This document shows positions 1 through 8,991 of a stretch of 64,000 nt of DNA, in pieces. Position numbers and translations under genes: made by a program. The notes below the pieces were generated by a model. The model ran no database searches. It was not told the origin of the DNA and was given only the letters and a program-made list of their open reading frames with translations. Origin of the DNA: Macrostomum hystrix (lineage: Eukaryota > Animalia > Platyhelminthes). Positions within the stretch are counted from its first letter, which is position 1, and every line of letters starts with the position of its first letter. The DNA is taken from the NCBI GenBank assembly GCA_950097015.1, contig CATNEN010000039.1:558001-622000 (forward strand). The letters are read 5' to 3'.

Positions 1-511
1 CCCGTGGTCGTTTCACTGTTGAGGACGCAAACACGCTCGAAGTTTCTCTTCGGCTGAGATTCAACCCGTGGTCTTTTCACTGTTGAGGACGCAAACACGC
101 TCGAAGTTTCTCTTCGGCTGAGGTTCAACCCGTGGTCTTTTCACTGTTGAGGACGCAAACACGCTCGAAGTTTCTCTTCGGCTGAGATTCAACCCGTGGT
201 CTTTTCACTGTTGAGGACGCAAACACGCTCGAAGTTTCTCTTCGGCTGAGGTTCAACCCGTGGTCGTTTCACTGTTGAGGACGCAAACACGCTCGAAGTT
301 TCTCTTCGGCTGAGATTCAACCCGTGGTCTTTTCACTGTTGAGGACGCAAACACGCTCGAAGTTTCTCTTCGGCTGAGATTCAACCCGTGGTCTTTTCAC
401 TGTTGAGGACGCAAACACGCTCGAAGTTTCTCTTCGGCTGAGATTCAACCCGTGGTCTTTTCACTGTTGAGGACGCAAACACGCTCGAAGTTTCTCTTCG
501 GCTGAGATTCA
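1..511. repeat. 64-bp tandem repeat (~8 copies, truncated by window start)
   Basis: Unit cccgtggtcttttcactgttgaggacgcaaacacgctcgaagtttctcttcggctgagattcaa recurs at 1, 65, 129 and onward with only single-base variants and no spacers. Confidence 0.95.
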
Positions 512-1445
512 AGCTCGTAGCCAGTGCATGAATTGCATCCTCAGCTGTACAACCTCCGCCTTGGCATTATGATTTCCATGGCTGTGCCAGTGCTGGACAT
601 TGATCTACGATAAACTGTTCCACAATGAGCTAATGAAATTAATAAAATATCTAATCATCCACCTCGCTACCGCCTAAAATCCCCGGCGCAGTGCGCCCAC
701 CTCTCTCTGCGCCGCCCAGCGGATGTTTTCCACCTGTCTGTCGCTTGTTAGGCCGATTTTACCTGGTGGAGGCGGTGGGGAGACAGCAACACCCTAGCAA
801 CAGCAGATATGCTAGCAGGAGTCCCAAGGCCATTAGCTACCAGCATTTCGGCAGATAAAACTTTGCATCCTCAGCACATTGCACTCCTCCCATGCTCTCC
901 CAGCACTGTTGCTGCTGCAGCCGGTATGCCGTGAAGGCCAGAGTCCAATTGTTACCGGGGTGGCTGCAGCTTGTTTGCATTGGGAGGAGGGATGGAAAGC
1001 AGGGCGAAGGCGCTATCTGCTTGGGTAGCAGTTCCTACCTGCATCCGCAGCTTGGGGGCAGCAGCTGTGCTACGTGGCTGGCGGTGCCTCATGAATTATT
1101 CAGTTCTGTCCAAGCCAAGCTTTCCGTGGGCTCCCCGCAGCTCTCCTGCCTGCTCCCAGTTTGTCCCACTGCTATTGTTTTTCCTTACTTGGGCTTTGAC
1201 TGGTCTCAGCTGCCATACTTGCCACAAGAGGCTGGCGTCAAAGAAGCCATGAAAGTCAAAGACGCTCCAACGAGCTTAATTGGCAGAGTTGCTGAATGTT
1301 TTGAAAGGGGTGAAGACTTAAAAATGTACTTTTGTTTTTGATAGTTGTTGCAAAAAATGTATTTTAGAGTGCGTATGTAAATATGGTGAGAATTAAAAAG
1401 AGTTTTGGCCTAACAGCTTTTCTCTCGATAGAGTGACTGACGCGC

Positions 1446-2002
1446 TTGAAGAGGGTTAAGGTTACTTAGCTTGAGTCAATAACAGACAAATAGAGAGGGG
1501 AAGTCAGGTGTACTGGCGGCTGTTACGTCGATTCCAAATTGACTGATATCAAGACGACTGTTGCTTTAGGCCATCATCGCTAGTATGAAAAACTCGAATT
1601 CCCCTCTTTAGCAAGTAGTAGGGGTTATGTGCACTCTGCCGCAGGAATTTCCGTGGAAAAGCCACGGGGCTCAGTGTGTAAACATAGGCGCCCATGTAAA
1701 TGCATTGGTGGATTCTGCCGCAGGGAAAGCCGTGGCAGTTCCGGGGAGGCCCAGGTGGATTTGCTAAAAATAGAAACAAGGGAAGTGTACATTACTGACC
1801 CACTTTACAAAGCATGCCACAAGTATATTCACTGTTCGCTGTATATTCACGTATATTCACGTTCCGCACAATAATTTTAATGCATAGAGACCTGAAATTT
1901 CATATCGTGCGTTTCTATGGCTGGAGTAACCTTGGGGTTAGTGAGTGAACATAGGAGCCTATGTAAATGCATTGATGTGCTCTGCCGCAGGGAAAGCCGT
2001 GG
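1446..2002 (+). repeat. Left terminal inverted repeat of the Polinton
   Basis: ttgaagagggttaaggttacttagc...gggaaagccgtgg is the reverse complement of 18190-18745. About 5 differences were seen, all within roughly 1645-1680. Confidence 0.95.
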
Positions 2003-2115
2003 GAGTTCCGGGGTGGGGTGGGGAGGTCCGGGGCTGATTTGTAAAAAATGTGGGTTAGTGGGAACTCGCAGACCATGTTTTACTATAGCTGTATGTTTGC
2101 GGCAATGATTTAGTC

Positions 2116-2123
2116 TATATAAG
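2116..2123 (+). promoter_or_regulatory. Candidate TATA box for the PC4-like gene
   Basis: TATATAAG lies about 80 bp upstream of the ATG at 2199, just inside the left TIR. Confidence 0.4.
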
Positions 2124-2198
2124 TACCAAAAAATTGATTGATTCACGTGGAGCCGAAATTTTGTTTAAACGAGATAATTAATTCTGTTTAAGTTTGTC

Positions 2199-2966
2199 AT
2201 GGACATCTGCGAAGGATATAAGCTGCAAATACAGGAATATGAAGGAGTGAAATTCATTGCTATCAGAAAATTTTACCGACATGGCAGCACTGCGAGTTTG
2301 AAACCTGGAGTCCCCGGTTTCAATTTGAACATCCGGCAATGGCAGAAGCTCAAGGAACTGAAGAGATCGCTTGTCAAGGCTGCCTTGGACAACCAGCCGA
2401 AAGTTGTACAACTTGGCTTTGATAAATTCATCGAGGTGAAGGACAGCATCATCTGGCTAAAGCGACTGCCCGAGGACTGCTGCGAAGAGTTTCTTAAGCG
2501 GAACACAGTGCCGCTGACACCACCGCTGTGGCGGAAGCTGTGGCAGTACGCGGATTGGATTGACGGGCAGCTATCGGCTCAACGTGAGATGTCAGATATG
2601 TACGAGCTGGAGCCAGGATCTTCCTCGGACAGCATCAAAGGCGAAGACGGTGCTGGTGACAACGCAGACGAAACCAAACCTGCCCTGAAGATGGAAGATT
2701 CGGACGGTGCTGCTGCTGCTGATGAAGCTGCAATGTCATCCAATCTGCAAATTGATACGGAGTTCGCCACTTCAACGCCTTTGCCACTTTCAAAGGCTGT
2801 AGCTGGAGCCATTCCTCAGCAAGACACTGATCTACAGGAGGACCCAGTCTGGTACCAATTCCGAGCTCAAGCGGCTGCAGCTGAGAATGCTAGGAAGCGC
2901 AAGCAGCCGTCGTTTGCTCTGCGTAGATTGGATGCCATGAAGCTGCCCAAACTGCGCTTCGACTGA
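2199..2966 (+). CDS. PC4/Sub1-like ssDNA-binding or coactivator protein (one clear and one degenerate PC4 domain, acidic low-complexity tail)
   Basis: LQIQEYEGVKFIAIRKFY..SLKPGVPGFNLNIRQWQKLKE matches the PC4 pattern VSVxxFKGxxxIDIRxY..xKPGxKGISLxxxQWxxL. A second copy is suggested by QLGFDKFIEV..VPLTPPLWRKL..WID. The C-terminus has an NLS-like RKRK. Confidence 0.8.
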   Translation: MDICEGYKLQIQEYEGVKFIAIRKFYRHGSTASLKPGVPGFNLNIRQWQKLKELKRSLVKAALDNQPKVVQLGFDKFIEVKDSIIWLKRLPEDCCEEFLKRNTVPLTPPLWRKLWQYADWIDGQLSAQREMSDMYELEPGSSSDSIKGEDGAGDNADETKPALKMEDSDGAAAADEAAMSSNLQIDTEFATSTPLPLSKAVAGAIPQQDTDLQEDPVWYQFRAQAAAAENARKRKQPSFALRRLDAMKLPKLRFD

Positions 2967-3077
2967 ATGCGGACCCTCTGACACTAAAAGCAACATTTTT
3001 ATCCATACTTTTTTTCCAATTTTTTAAAAAAAATATGTGCTGCTTGTGCGTTCCAACATCTTAAGAAAAAATAAATT

Positions 3078-4175
3078 ATGAAAATTTTCGCCTCATTGTT
3101 TCTGAAAATGGAAAAAATTTACTTTAACCCGAATCAGCCAGCGAGTTATTGCAGTTCTTCAAAGCTTCAACATGAACTGAGAAAAAGAGATTATCACATC
3201 GGGGTTAAGGGGATTGAGCAATGGCTAAGTCAGCAGCCAGTGCATACTCTACATAAGCCGGCTAGAGTTCGATTTCAAAGGGCGCCAATAATAGTAAGAG
3301 CCATTGATGATCAGTGGGAGTTGGATCTGGTGGAAATGATTCCGTTTGCCAAATATAATCGCGGGCATAAATACATTCTTACATGTATAGATGTTTTATC
3401 TAAATTCGCTATGGCCAGAGCTCTGAGGTCTAAAAGCGCAGCAGAAGTGCAATCAGCGTTTGAGAGCATGCTGAAGAGCTCAAAGCGGCAGCCACGCACC
3501 GTCCGCACGGATCAGGGAAAGGAGTTTATTAACACAATATTTCGCCAGTTCTGCATAGACCGCGGGATTCTGGCGTTTCCAACAAACAGTGAGCACAAAG
3601 CTGCTGTAATAGAAAGATGGAATCGAACTTTAAAAGGCAAGATGTGGCGTTATTTTACTCACAACAGCACTCTACAATGGCTTGATGTGCTACCTAAACT
3701 GGTCAAGTCCTATAACAATACATTCCACAGAAGCATTAAGACTACACCAATGAATGTTTGCAAAGAAAATGAGACTGACATCTGGATGAATCTTTACGAT
3801 GGGAAAGCGATTGAGACAGTTAAGAATCTGAGAAAACCGAAGTTCAGTGAAAACCAGTCTGTACGAATTTCAAATGCTCCCAGACTCTTCAGAAAGGGAT
3901 ACATGGCTAACTGGAGTGAAGAAGTGTATACTGTAGTGTCTAGAGCTCCAAAGCATTATCCGTATATGTACCAGATTCGAGACATGAAGGGTGAAGATAT
4001 TCGAGGCCTCTTTTATGAGCATGAGCTGCAAGCTGTTCCGGACTCCCAGCGGCTGTATGTGATTGAAAAGATTCTAAAGACTGAGAAGCGGAAGGGAAAG
4101 ATTCGCTATCTCGTAAAGTGGGCCGACTACAACTCGACTGGCTGGGTGGATGAGAAGGACTTAAGAAAGGTATAG
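3078..4175 (+). CDS. Polinton rve (DDE) integrase with C-terminal chromodomain
   Basis: Catalytic motifs WELDLVEM, RTDQGKEF and IERWNRTLK, the Polinton-type FRKGYMANWSEE, and the chromodomain YVIEKIL..YLVKWADY..WV. The true start may be the ATG at 3108. Confidence 0.95.
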   Translation: MKIFASLFLKMEKIYFNPNQPASYCSSSKLQHELRKRDYHIGVKGIEQWLSQQPVHTLHKPARVRFQRAPIIVRAIDDQWELDLVEMIPFAKYNRGHKYILTCIDVLSKFAMARALRSKSAAEVQSAFESMLKSSKRQPRTVRTDQGKEFINTIFRQFCIDRGILAFPTNSEHKAAVIERWNRTLKGKMWRYFTHNSTLQWLDVLPKLVKSYNNTFHRSIKTTPMNVCKENETDIWMNLYDGKAIETVKNLRKPKFSENQSVRISNAPRLFRKGYMANWSEEVYTVVSRAPKHYPYMYQIRDMKGEDIRGLFYEHELQAVPDSQRLYVIEKILKTEKRKGKIRYLVKWADYNSTGWVDEKDLRKV

Positions 4176-4217
4176 ACATCTAAGTTATTCGATATTTTAA
4201 TATTTTGATTTTGAGGA

Positions 4218-5024
4218 ATGAGCAGCATCGTAATAAACAGTGAGCATGCAGAAGGTTCTTCTAGTGACTTTAATTTTCGCCTGTCTGCACCTATATACTT
4301 GGATCGAAATGTGGATTATGAGGCAGGTCTGGCTGAAATCCATATGCCTACTGCATGGCTCAATGTTGACGAGCCTTACTGCTTCACAGTCTCAGATGGA
4401 AGAGAGCATGAGGCCCTGGTTCTTCAACCCGGACGCTTTGACAGAGTGGAGGAGCTGGTGGAGCGGTTGAACGAGCTACTAGTCAACTCTGAGTCACTGT
4501 TCTTTGATGCCATGAGCGATAGAGAGTCTGAGATGGAGGCTGATGAATCGGGCCTGATGGCTCGCAGCAATAAAGATTTTGGGATAAAGTTTGAAATTCA
4601 GAATCAAAGAACAGTGATGCACAACAATACCGCACGAGCAGAGTTGTATTTTCCTCCAAGCAAAATCCTGCAGTGGTTGGGATTTGGAAACCAGTCAATC
4701 AAAATCCCACCTGGGCGCCACGTGTCAAGCTGTTGCATCGGCTGTCCGCCCACCAACCTGGTCAATGTGCACTGCAGCCTTGTTGAGTCAACAAGCTGCA
4801 ACTGGGACTCCCTGCTGCGAACTGTGAACATCAGTTCTAATGCTGAATGGGGCTGCTACTTCAGCAAAGTGTTTAAGAAAACATTGTTCTTCCCAATCCA
4901 GAAAGCAAATTTTCTACACAGCATTCGAATTCAACTGCGGGATACATTTGGTCACTCTCTGACTGCTCAGAGCTGCAGTCCTGTTTTGCTCACGATTCAG
5001 ATCCGGGAGAAACTTATTCGATGA
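4218..5024 (+). CDS. Minor capsid protein (penton, single jelly roll)
   Basis: N-terminus SDFNFRLSAPIYLD..YEAGLAEI and C-terminus LLRTV..FFPI..SIRIQLRDTFG..LTIQIR are typical of Polinton minor capsid proteins. It lies within the virion gene block. Confidence 0.8.
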   Translation: MSSIVINSEHAEGSSSDFNFRLSAPIYLDRNVDYEAGLAEIHMPTAWLNVDEPYCFTVSDGREHEALVLQPGRFDRVEELVERLNELLVNSESLFFDAMSDRESEMEADESGLMARSNKDFGIKFEIQNQRTVMHNNTARAELYFPPSKILQWLGFGNQSIKIPPGRHVSSCCIGCPPTNLVNVHCSLVESTSCNWDSLLRTVNISSNAEWGCYFSKVFKKTLFFPIQKANFLHSIRIQLRDTFGHSLTAQSCSPVLLTIQIREKLIR

Positions 5025-5407
5025 ACTATCAGCAGCTGATCCGGCAGTACTCTGGAACTCGAAATGGAAGCGATAAATCTGCGCCCTATGGGTGCGGAAG
5101 TTTTCCAGGGATCATGACATATCAACCTCCTCCAGCAACTTCACCAGCACATGCATCTCAGTTGGCCTCGGCTGGCAAAAGCGTTAGCAAAAGAAGACAG
5201 TTGAATGCTAAAGTTTCTAGGAAAAAGAGAATACAGAAGACACCTCGCCAAAATGGCAAGAAGGGGAAAAAATCAAGGAAACGGAAAAATGCAGGTAGAA
5301 AGAAACCTAAGAAAGGAGAGAGCAAAGCCAAGGGCAAAACGGTAAGCAAGAGGAAGCGAAAAGTCAGCAGGAAAACGGTGAAGCGCGTGCTGGACTCTTT
5401 GTCGTAG
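5021..5407 (+). CDS. Small highly basic protein, putative DNA-condensing core protein
   Basis: 39 of 128 residues are K or R, concentrated in the C-terminal part. It overlaps the upstream stop (ATGA) and ends 2 nt before the MCP start. Confidence 0.65.
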   Translation: MNYQQLIRQYSGTRNGSDKSAPYGCGSFPGIMTYQPPPATSPAHASQLASAGKSVSKRRQLNAKVSRKKRIQKTPRQNGKKGKKSRKRKNAGRKKPKKGESKAKGKTVSKRKRKVSRKTVKRVLDSLS

Positions 5408-5409
5408 AA

Positions 5410-6690
5410 ATGGCTTATGGATTCAACCCAAGGCTCGATTTGTTCAAGGCTCCTGCGCTGCAGACTGCCATTGACAAATCCTCCTATGTCGATATTCACC
5501 CCGTGAACTCAATTGCTGCAAATGCACCCATCGAATTCGATTGCCACCCATCAGCTGACGAATACACCGATCTATTGAATTCTTTTCTGTACATTCGCTG
5601 CCGCCTAGTCCGACTGGATGGGTGCTTGCTGAGGGAGAATGTTCTGAACGCTGAAGGAGAGCTGACAGAGCGCCGAGACAGTGATGTGCACCCTGAAAAC
5701 TTTGTCCTGTCTACGCTCTTCTCTGATGTCATTGTGAGCATTAACCAGCGAGTTGTGTCCGGGGGAGACCAACTCTATCCCTATCATGCCTATTTCAAAG
5801 CTCTCATGAGTTCCTCAGACGCCCAGCAGCTGAAGTTCTACCCCGCTGGATTCCTGCAACCTGACTCCGCTGCAGAGGCGCACATGGAGAGCCACAGGCA
5901 GTCCCGCTGGGTGGAGTATGCCGGACCGTTGCTCAGCGACATCTTCCAGTGCCCCATGTTGCTGCTGAACAACCTACACCTGCACATCAAGTTGGTGCCC
6001 AGCGACGCTGCATTTGCCATCAGAACCCCGGTCACAAACAACACAGCCTACCGCATGGAAATCTCCCACTGCATCCTGCATCTCTGCCGAGTCAAGGTGG
6101 CTTCTCACATCAGCCTAGCCCATGAGCAGGGACTGATCAACCAGAATGCGCTCTATCCTATGGAGCGAGCCGAAATGCAGAACTTTATTCTGCCCCAGGG
6201 AATCCAGTCGAAGAACATTGAAGGCTTTACCCACGGAAAACTCCCTAAGTTCATCATGCTGGCTTTCGTGAGCCACCGAGCCTTCAACGGGAATCATCAC
6301 ACCAGCCCCTTCGAGTTCCAGAGCTTCAACCTCAGCCAGCTAGCTCTAAAGAAAGGTGGGGAAGCCATGTGCCACGGTGCATTCACACCCGAAAACAACT
6401 CATTTGTGCGAGAGTACTTGCATTACCTGAAAAGCTGCCAGTCTGCCAGCCCCACCAACTCGGTCCCTTGGATCCCCTATCAGATCTTCTCCAACGACAA
6501 CACCGTGTTAGCGTTCGACCTCACACCCGAGGGAGCAGCCCTGTGGTACGGACAGAAAGAAGGAAACCTGCGGCTGGAGATTCGGTTCCGACAGGCGCTT
6601 GACGAGGCCGTGACTCTGATTGTCATGTGCCTGTATGACTCTCTGATTGAAGTCACCAAGCATAGGGAAATTTTGCTAGATTTTTCATAA
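5410..6690 (+). CDS. Major capsid protein (double jelly roll, Polinton PY)
   Basis: LDLF.AP..QT.I.KS.Y..I.P, PIEF, Y.DL.NSFLY, LFSDV.V.IN, YPY.AY, GKLPK, AFNG...SPF.F, AFDLTP and GNLRLEIRF are all Polinton MCP motifs. Confidence 0.93.
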   Translation: MAYGFNPRLDLFKAPALQTAIDKSSYVDIHPVNSIAANAPIEFDCHPSADEYTDLLNSFLYIRCRLVRLDGCLLRENVLNAEGELTERRDSDVHPENFVLSTLFSDVIVSINQRVVSGGDQLYPYHAYFKALMSSSDAQQLKFYPAGFLQPDSAAEAHMESHRQSRWVEYAGPLLSDIFQCPMLLLNNLHLHIKLVPSDAAFAIRTPVTNNTAYRMEISHCILHLCRVKVASHISLAHEQGLINQNALYPMERAEMQNFILPQGIQSKNIEGFTHGKLPKFIMLAFVSHRAFNGNHHTSPFEFQSFNLSQLALKKGGEAMCHGAFTPENNSFVREYLHYLKSCQSASPTNSVPWIPYQIFSNDNTVLAFDLTPEGAALWYGQKEGNLRLEIRFRQALDEAVTLIVMCLYDSLIEVTKHREILLDFS

Positions 6691-6695
6691 TAATT

Positions 6696-7211
6696 ATGAA
6701 CACTTTTCAGATGTTTAAACTTGCCAGAAGCTTTTTGCCCATTAGAAACGTTTTTATAGTGTCTCTAAATTTGAATAGTTCTAATAATGCTGAATTAGAA
6801 TTTCATTTGCGGAGTTACCTGAATGAGAAAACATATAAGAGCAAATTTATTTTCCTTTTGTTGCATCACAGCTCCTTGTCAGGTCACTGGGTGGTTTGCG
6901 ACGTCACTTACGGGAGTTCTGTGGAGCTTTTCAATTCCCTTGGCTGGGACTCGAAAACTTTAATGATTATTCATGATTTACTGCAAGTAGCCTTGGGTTC
7001 CCCGCTTCGTTTGAGCAGCAATGTGGATCGAATTCAAAGCTGTGACTCTGTCAAATGCGGTCTCTTCTGTCTTTATTTTACTTATCAGAAGTTTCAATTC
7101 AAACGGTCATTTAAGTGGGTTCTGCGACAACTGCATGCAAAGGAAAAGAGCCACCTGAATGACAGAATGCTTCGGCAGTTCGAAGCCAGCCTAAGAAAGA
7201 GAAAGTTATGA
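6696..7211 (+). CDS. Adenain-like cysteine protease (virion maturation)
   Basis: GHWVV (His), FNSLG (Asn where FDSxG is usual) and IQSCDSVKCGLFCLYF (oxyanion Gln and catalytic Cys). Confidence 0.88.
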   Translation: MNTFQMFKLARSFLPIRNVFIVSLNLNSSNNAELEFHLRSYLNEKTYKSKFIFLLLHHSSLSGHWVVCDVTYGSSVELFNSLGWDSKTLMIIHDLLQVALGSPLRLSSNVDRIQSCDSVKCGLFCLYFTYQKFQFKRSFKWVLRQLHAKEKSHLNDRMLRQFEASLRKRKL

Positions 7212-7897
7212 AAGTCAGCTCTACAAATTGGCTAAATCCGACTATGGAAACCAGTGCGAATAGAACCTGCTATGATGCCCGCCTGCGGCAGGGAAGCTGC
7301 ATGATTGTCAGCGGGCCAACCAATGCTGGCAAGACAACCTTCGTGAAGCAGCTAATTCAGTACAGGGATGTTATGTTTGATACGATGCCTGAGAGAGTCC
7401 TGTGGTACTATGGGGTTTCGCAGACAGTGCACTCTGAGCTGAGCAGCCTGGGAGTGCACATGCAGCAGGGATTCCCCAGCAACATTGAGGCGGCTCTAAG
7501 ACCCAATGACCTGATTGTTTTTGATGATTTGATTGAAGAGACTTCTAGCTCTGCTGCGATGCGAAATGTATTCACCGGAATCGCTCATCACTTACCCTGC
7601 TTTCTGGTAATGCTGACTCAGAATGTATTTTTTAAAGGAAAAGAGTTGCGAACGATGAGTCTGAATGCGATGTACTTTGTCATCATGAAGAACCCCAGAG
7701 ACCAGCTGCAGATTGCAGCACTGGGCAGGCAGTGCTTTGCAGAGAAGCCCGGCTTTCTGCTGTCTGTGTTTAAGCATGTGACCGCTCAAGGCAGGGGAGC
7801 TTACCTGCTTCTGGATTTCCACCCATCCACTCCCGATGAGCTGCGAGTGCGAGCGCGGATCCTGCCCAACCAGCGCCCCCACCTGGTTTATACCTAA
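7208..7897 (+). CDS. A32/FtsK-HerA-type genome packaging ATPase
   Basis: Walker A GPTNAGKTT, Walker B LIVFDDL, plus HH..C..TQN.F, RTMSLNA.Y..MKNPRD and YLLLD. The start could be the downstream ATG at 7244. Confidence 0.93.
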   Translation: MKVSSTNWLNPTMETSANRTCYDARLRQGSCMIVSGPTNAGKTTFVKQLIQYRDVMFDTMPERVLWYYGVSQTVHSELSSLGVHMQQGFPSNIEAALRPNDLIVFDDLIEETSSSAAMRNVFTGIAHHLPCFLVMLTQNVFFKGKELRTMSLNAMYFVIMKNPRDQLQIAALGRQCFAEKPGFLLSVFKHVTAQGRGAYLLLDFHPSTPDELRVRARILPNQRPHLVYT

Positions 7898-7936
7898 GAA
7901 TGGCAAATACGCTGTTTTCCATATCTATACTCAACA

Positions 7937-8260
7937 ATGGACACGCTTTGTTTTCATGAAAGCATCTTTGCAATTCTTGCATCAGCGAAATACACTGTCA
8001 GCTTCAAGCGCTTGCTAATCAAGCACGGTCCGAAAGAAGTGCGAAAATTCCTTGTTGAAGCCTGTTACAACCTATTGGAAAACAACCTGACTTTCTCTCT
8101 TATTGAAAAGGCTGAGCTGGCAAAGTCCAAGCAGATTATTCGAAAAATCCCAGCACAAAGAAAAGAAGCTGACTTGCTAAATCATAATTTCATAAAAATT
8201 CTCCCCACTCTGCTGAAGCTTGTGCATAGAAGAAAGAAGGAAAATGAACAAGTTCTCTGA
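7937..8260 (+). CDS. Small conserved Polinton protein, possibly a membrane-active virion protein
   Basis: L.EAC.NLL.NN....K..L.K.K..IRK resembles a small ORF that often follows the Polinton ATPase. The C-terminus has an amphipathic stretch FIKILPTLLKLV. Confidence 0.55.
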   Translation: MDTLCFHESIFAILASAKYTVSFKRLLIKHGPKEVRKFLVEACYNLLENNLTFSLIEKAELAKSKQIIRKIPAQRKEADLLNHNFIKILPTLLKLVHRRKKENEQVL

Positions 8261-8948
8261 GATGGTTCTGATTCCCAAGTCTGAGTATGACATGCTAATG
8301 ATTAATGTGAAACCCAATGAGTCTGCAGGAGACATTGCGGTAAAGCAGGCACAGATTAAATGTGATGATATATTGTATGCCGACGATTGCCCAGACAATG
8401 TAAAGACAGCCATGTACCAGAACGCTATGAAAAGTTTGTTGTCCAAGCGCAAGCAAGTTGGAAAGGAGAGTGTAGCAGGAGAGAGTCAAGCGGCAAAGAA
8501 ACAGAAAGCAGAGATGCTGCCGAGCAGCTGGGCTGAAAAGATTGCCCAGTCCGTGCCCCAGAAATTCAAAACCAGGGCTCGCAGTCTATGGGCCATCCTA
8601 TCTGATAATCCCTCCCTCATCCAGGTGTTCGAAAACGGCGAGGTGCAAATGGCTGGGCAGAGAATACCATCCTCAAACATCATGGATCTGTTTCATACTG
8701 CAGTGAGGGATTCAAAATGCGACAGCGAGCCGGTGGGCTGGAGTGAGTTTGTTTCATTGCTTCAAGACAGCAAGCTAAACATTCCAGCTTCAGCGATAGG
8801 GAAATCAGTGAGAAAGCTTATTTCCAAGCCAGCAGCCTCTCTAGAGGCGGAAGCTCTAGACTGTGCTCATCATACAGTCAAGGGACTTGGAAGCGAGAGA
8901 GCCTGGTTACAGCTGGGCAGAAAGAAACTATTTAAGAAAGGAAATTAA
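8244..8948 (+). CDS. Conserved Polinton protein of unknown function
   Basis: MVLIP N-terminus and GE...G..IP.SNI.DL..P.GW.EF...L...NIP...IG, a pattern I recognise from other Polintons. The first in-frame ATG is at 8244. Confidence 0.7.
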   Translation: MNKFSEMVLIPKSEYDMLMINVKPNESAGDIAVKQAQIKCDDILYADDCPDNVKTAMYQNAMKSLLSKRKQVGKESVAGESQAAKKQKAEMLPSSWAEKIAQSVPQKFKTRARSLWAILSDNPSLIQVFENGEVQMAGQRIPSSNIMDLFHTAVRDSKCDSEPVGWSEFVSLLQDSKLNIPASAIGKSVRKLISKPAASLEAEALDCAHHTVKGLGSERAWLQLGRKKLFKKGN

Positions 8949-8991
8949 ATCAGCTGTCTGTATTTTCTTTCGATATTCGATATCGCCGATA

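Noticed and set aside
1-511. CRISPR-like regular repeat
   Set aside because: Units are contiguous 64-mers with no unique spacers, there are no cas genes, and the context is eukaryotic.
892-1341. 149-aa ORF left of the Polinton
   Set aside because: No recognisable motif or splice structure, and it lies outside the TIR. It cannot be supported as a gene.
1453-1469. Telomere-like GGGTTA/AGGTTA at the element ends
   Set aside because: Only two degenerate units, too short to distinguish from chance.
1549-2146. Short ORFs within the TIRs (mirrored at 17973-18642)
   Set aside because: They are duplicated only because of the inverted repeat and have no protein features.
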